Positions 63,047 to 64,000 of a stretch of 64,000 nt of DNA are shown here, one piece after another. The notes under the pieces are model-generated. The model was not told where the DNA came from. It saw only the letters and a list, made by a program, of their open reading frames with translations, and ran no database searches. Both the position numbers and the translations under genes were made by a program. Origin of the DNA: Candidatus Zhuqueibacterota bacterium (GTDB lineage: Bacteria > Zhuqueibacterota > Zhuqueibacteria > Thermofontimicrobiales > Thermofontimicrobiaceae); the NCBI GenBank assembly GCA_049322915.1, contig JBMOPW010000013.1, positions 62,111 to 126,110 of the forward strand, in the 5' to 3' direction. Positions within the stretch are counted from its first letter, which is position 1. The number at the start of each line of letters is the position of its first letter.

Positions 63047-63769
63047 ATGGTTCGCATCATTCCGTGTCTGGCATTGATGGTTGCAATGGTATTTTGCAGC
63101 ATGATTCACCCGCTTTCCGGCCAGGATGAATGGCCCAACCAACTCACGCAGCAGGAGGTGAGGGCCGGCTGGCGATTGCTTTTTGACGGCCTCAGTTCAA
63201 CCGGCTGGAAAAGCGCGACGCACGCGGGCTTTCCGTCCCGTGGATGGCTGGTCAAAGACGGGACGCTGTCGGTTCTGGCAAATTGCCGGGGCGGAGATAT
63301 TGTGACAGTTGAGCCGTTCAGCAATTTTGAATTGTCGCTGGAATTCAAGCTCACACCCGGCGCCGAAAGCGGCGTTAAATATCTCGTCCCGGCCAACTCG
63401 ACGCACGGCCCGGAGTATCAGATTCTGGATGACAGTGTGCATTCGGACGCGGCATTGGGCGTGGCCGGGAATCGCTCTCTCGCTTCGCTCTACGACTTGA
63501 TCCCGGCGGAAAATAAAATTGTCCGACCGGTTGGCGAGTGGAACATTGCCCGACTGTTCGTTGACAAAAACCATGCGGAACACTGGCTCAACGGCGTCAA
63601 AGTTGTGGCCTTTGATCGCGATACCCAGATGTTCCGCGCCCTGGTTCAAAAGAGCATGTTCAAGGATATTGAAAATTTCGGTCTCACCAACCAGGGACAC
63701 ATCCTGTTACAGGATCACGGCGATGCAGTCTCGTTCCGAAACATCAAAATTCGGATATTGCGCAATTAG
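63047..63769 (+). CDS. DUF1080 (3-keto-disaccharide hydrolase-like) secreted protein
   Basis: GWRLLFDG, NFELSLEFK, SGVKY, EYQILDD, SLYD, GEWN and LQDHG-V-FRNIKIR motifs. Confidence 0.9.
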   Translation: MVRIIPCLALMVAMVFCSMIHPLSGQDEWPNQLTQQEVRAGWRLLFDGLSSTGWKSATHAGFPSRGWLVKDGTLSVLANCRGGDIVTVEPFSNFELSLEFKLTPGAESGVKYLVPANSTHGPEYQILDDSVHSDAALGVAGNRSLASLYDLIPAENKIVRPVGEWNIARLFVDKNHAEHWLNGVKVVAFDRDTQMFRALVQKSMFKDIENFGLTNQGHILLQDHGDAVSFRNIKIRILRN

Positions 63770-64000
63770 TGTCTGTCCGAAAGCGCCTAAATTACCTATG
63801 GGATTGATATTTTCAAACTTCATTACGTCAGACTTCATCCCCTAAACTCCCTCTCCTTGTAGGCTAATCCTTACCCATAAGTTGGGGGATATTAACCCTA
63901 CAACGTCATTTAGTAAATTTATCACACTATGTTGAGTTTTTCATCTATCAAAAATACAATATACAACGATAAAAAATCTATGTGACGTAGTAGGGTTAAC

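Overview
Bacterial genomic window. T9SS/PorV-type proteins, FG-GAP repeats and FlgD-type C-terminal domains suggest the FCB superphylum (KSB1/Calditrichota-like); this lineage call is inference only. From left to right: (1) a minus-strand block of corA (partial), a LapA-like protein, a DHH phosphoesterase and a DUF2179 protein; (2) a ~31 kb minus-strand surface-polysaccharide locus headed by a PAS/GAF hybrid kinase, a REC-kinase and stand-alone receivers. It encodes a priming sugar transferase, a half-size TolC-like protein where Wza would be expected, a Wzc-like co-polymerase, Wzx, a Wzy/ligase, GT2/GT4 enzymes, acyl- and methyltransferases and an AsnB-like enzyme. Embedded in it are a 1531-aa T9SS-type FG-GAP adhesin with seven unfamiliar ~120-aa acidic repeats and a PorV-Ig-OmpA fusion; (3) tRNA-Arg(UCU) followed by a ~9.2 kb block of rex, a trimeric bifurcating-type [FeFe] hydrogenase, a group C1 sensory hydrogenase-histidine kinase, a receiver and a hybrid kinase, bounded by degenerate direct repeats derived from the tRNA 3' flank; (4) maeB with a structured leader; (5) a decayed accessory patch: five tandem GGAT-periodic hairpins fused to a frameshifted GxxExxY nuclease gene, an hsdR-like fragment, an attC-like relic and DUF1801; (6) a plus-strand carbohydrate-utilisation locus with three URO-D-like TIM barrels, a beta-helix protein, an SSS transporter, GH2 and DUF1080, including a diverged 236-bp tandem duplication. 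All family calls come from motif recognition by eye; no database searches were run.
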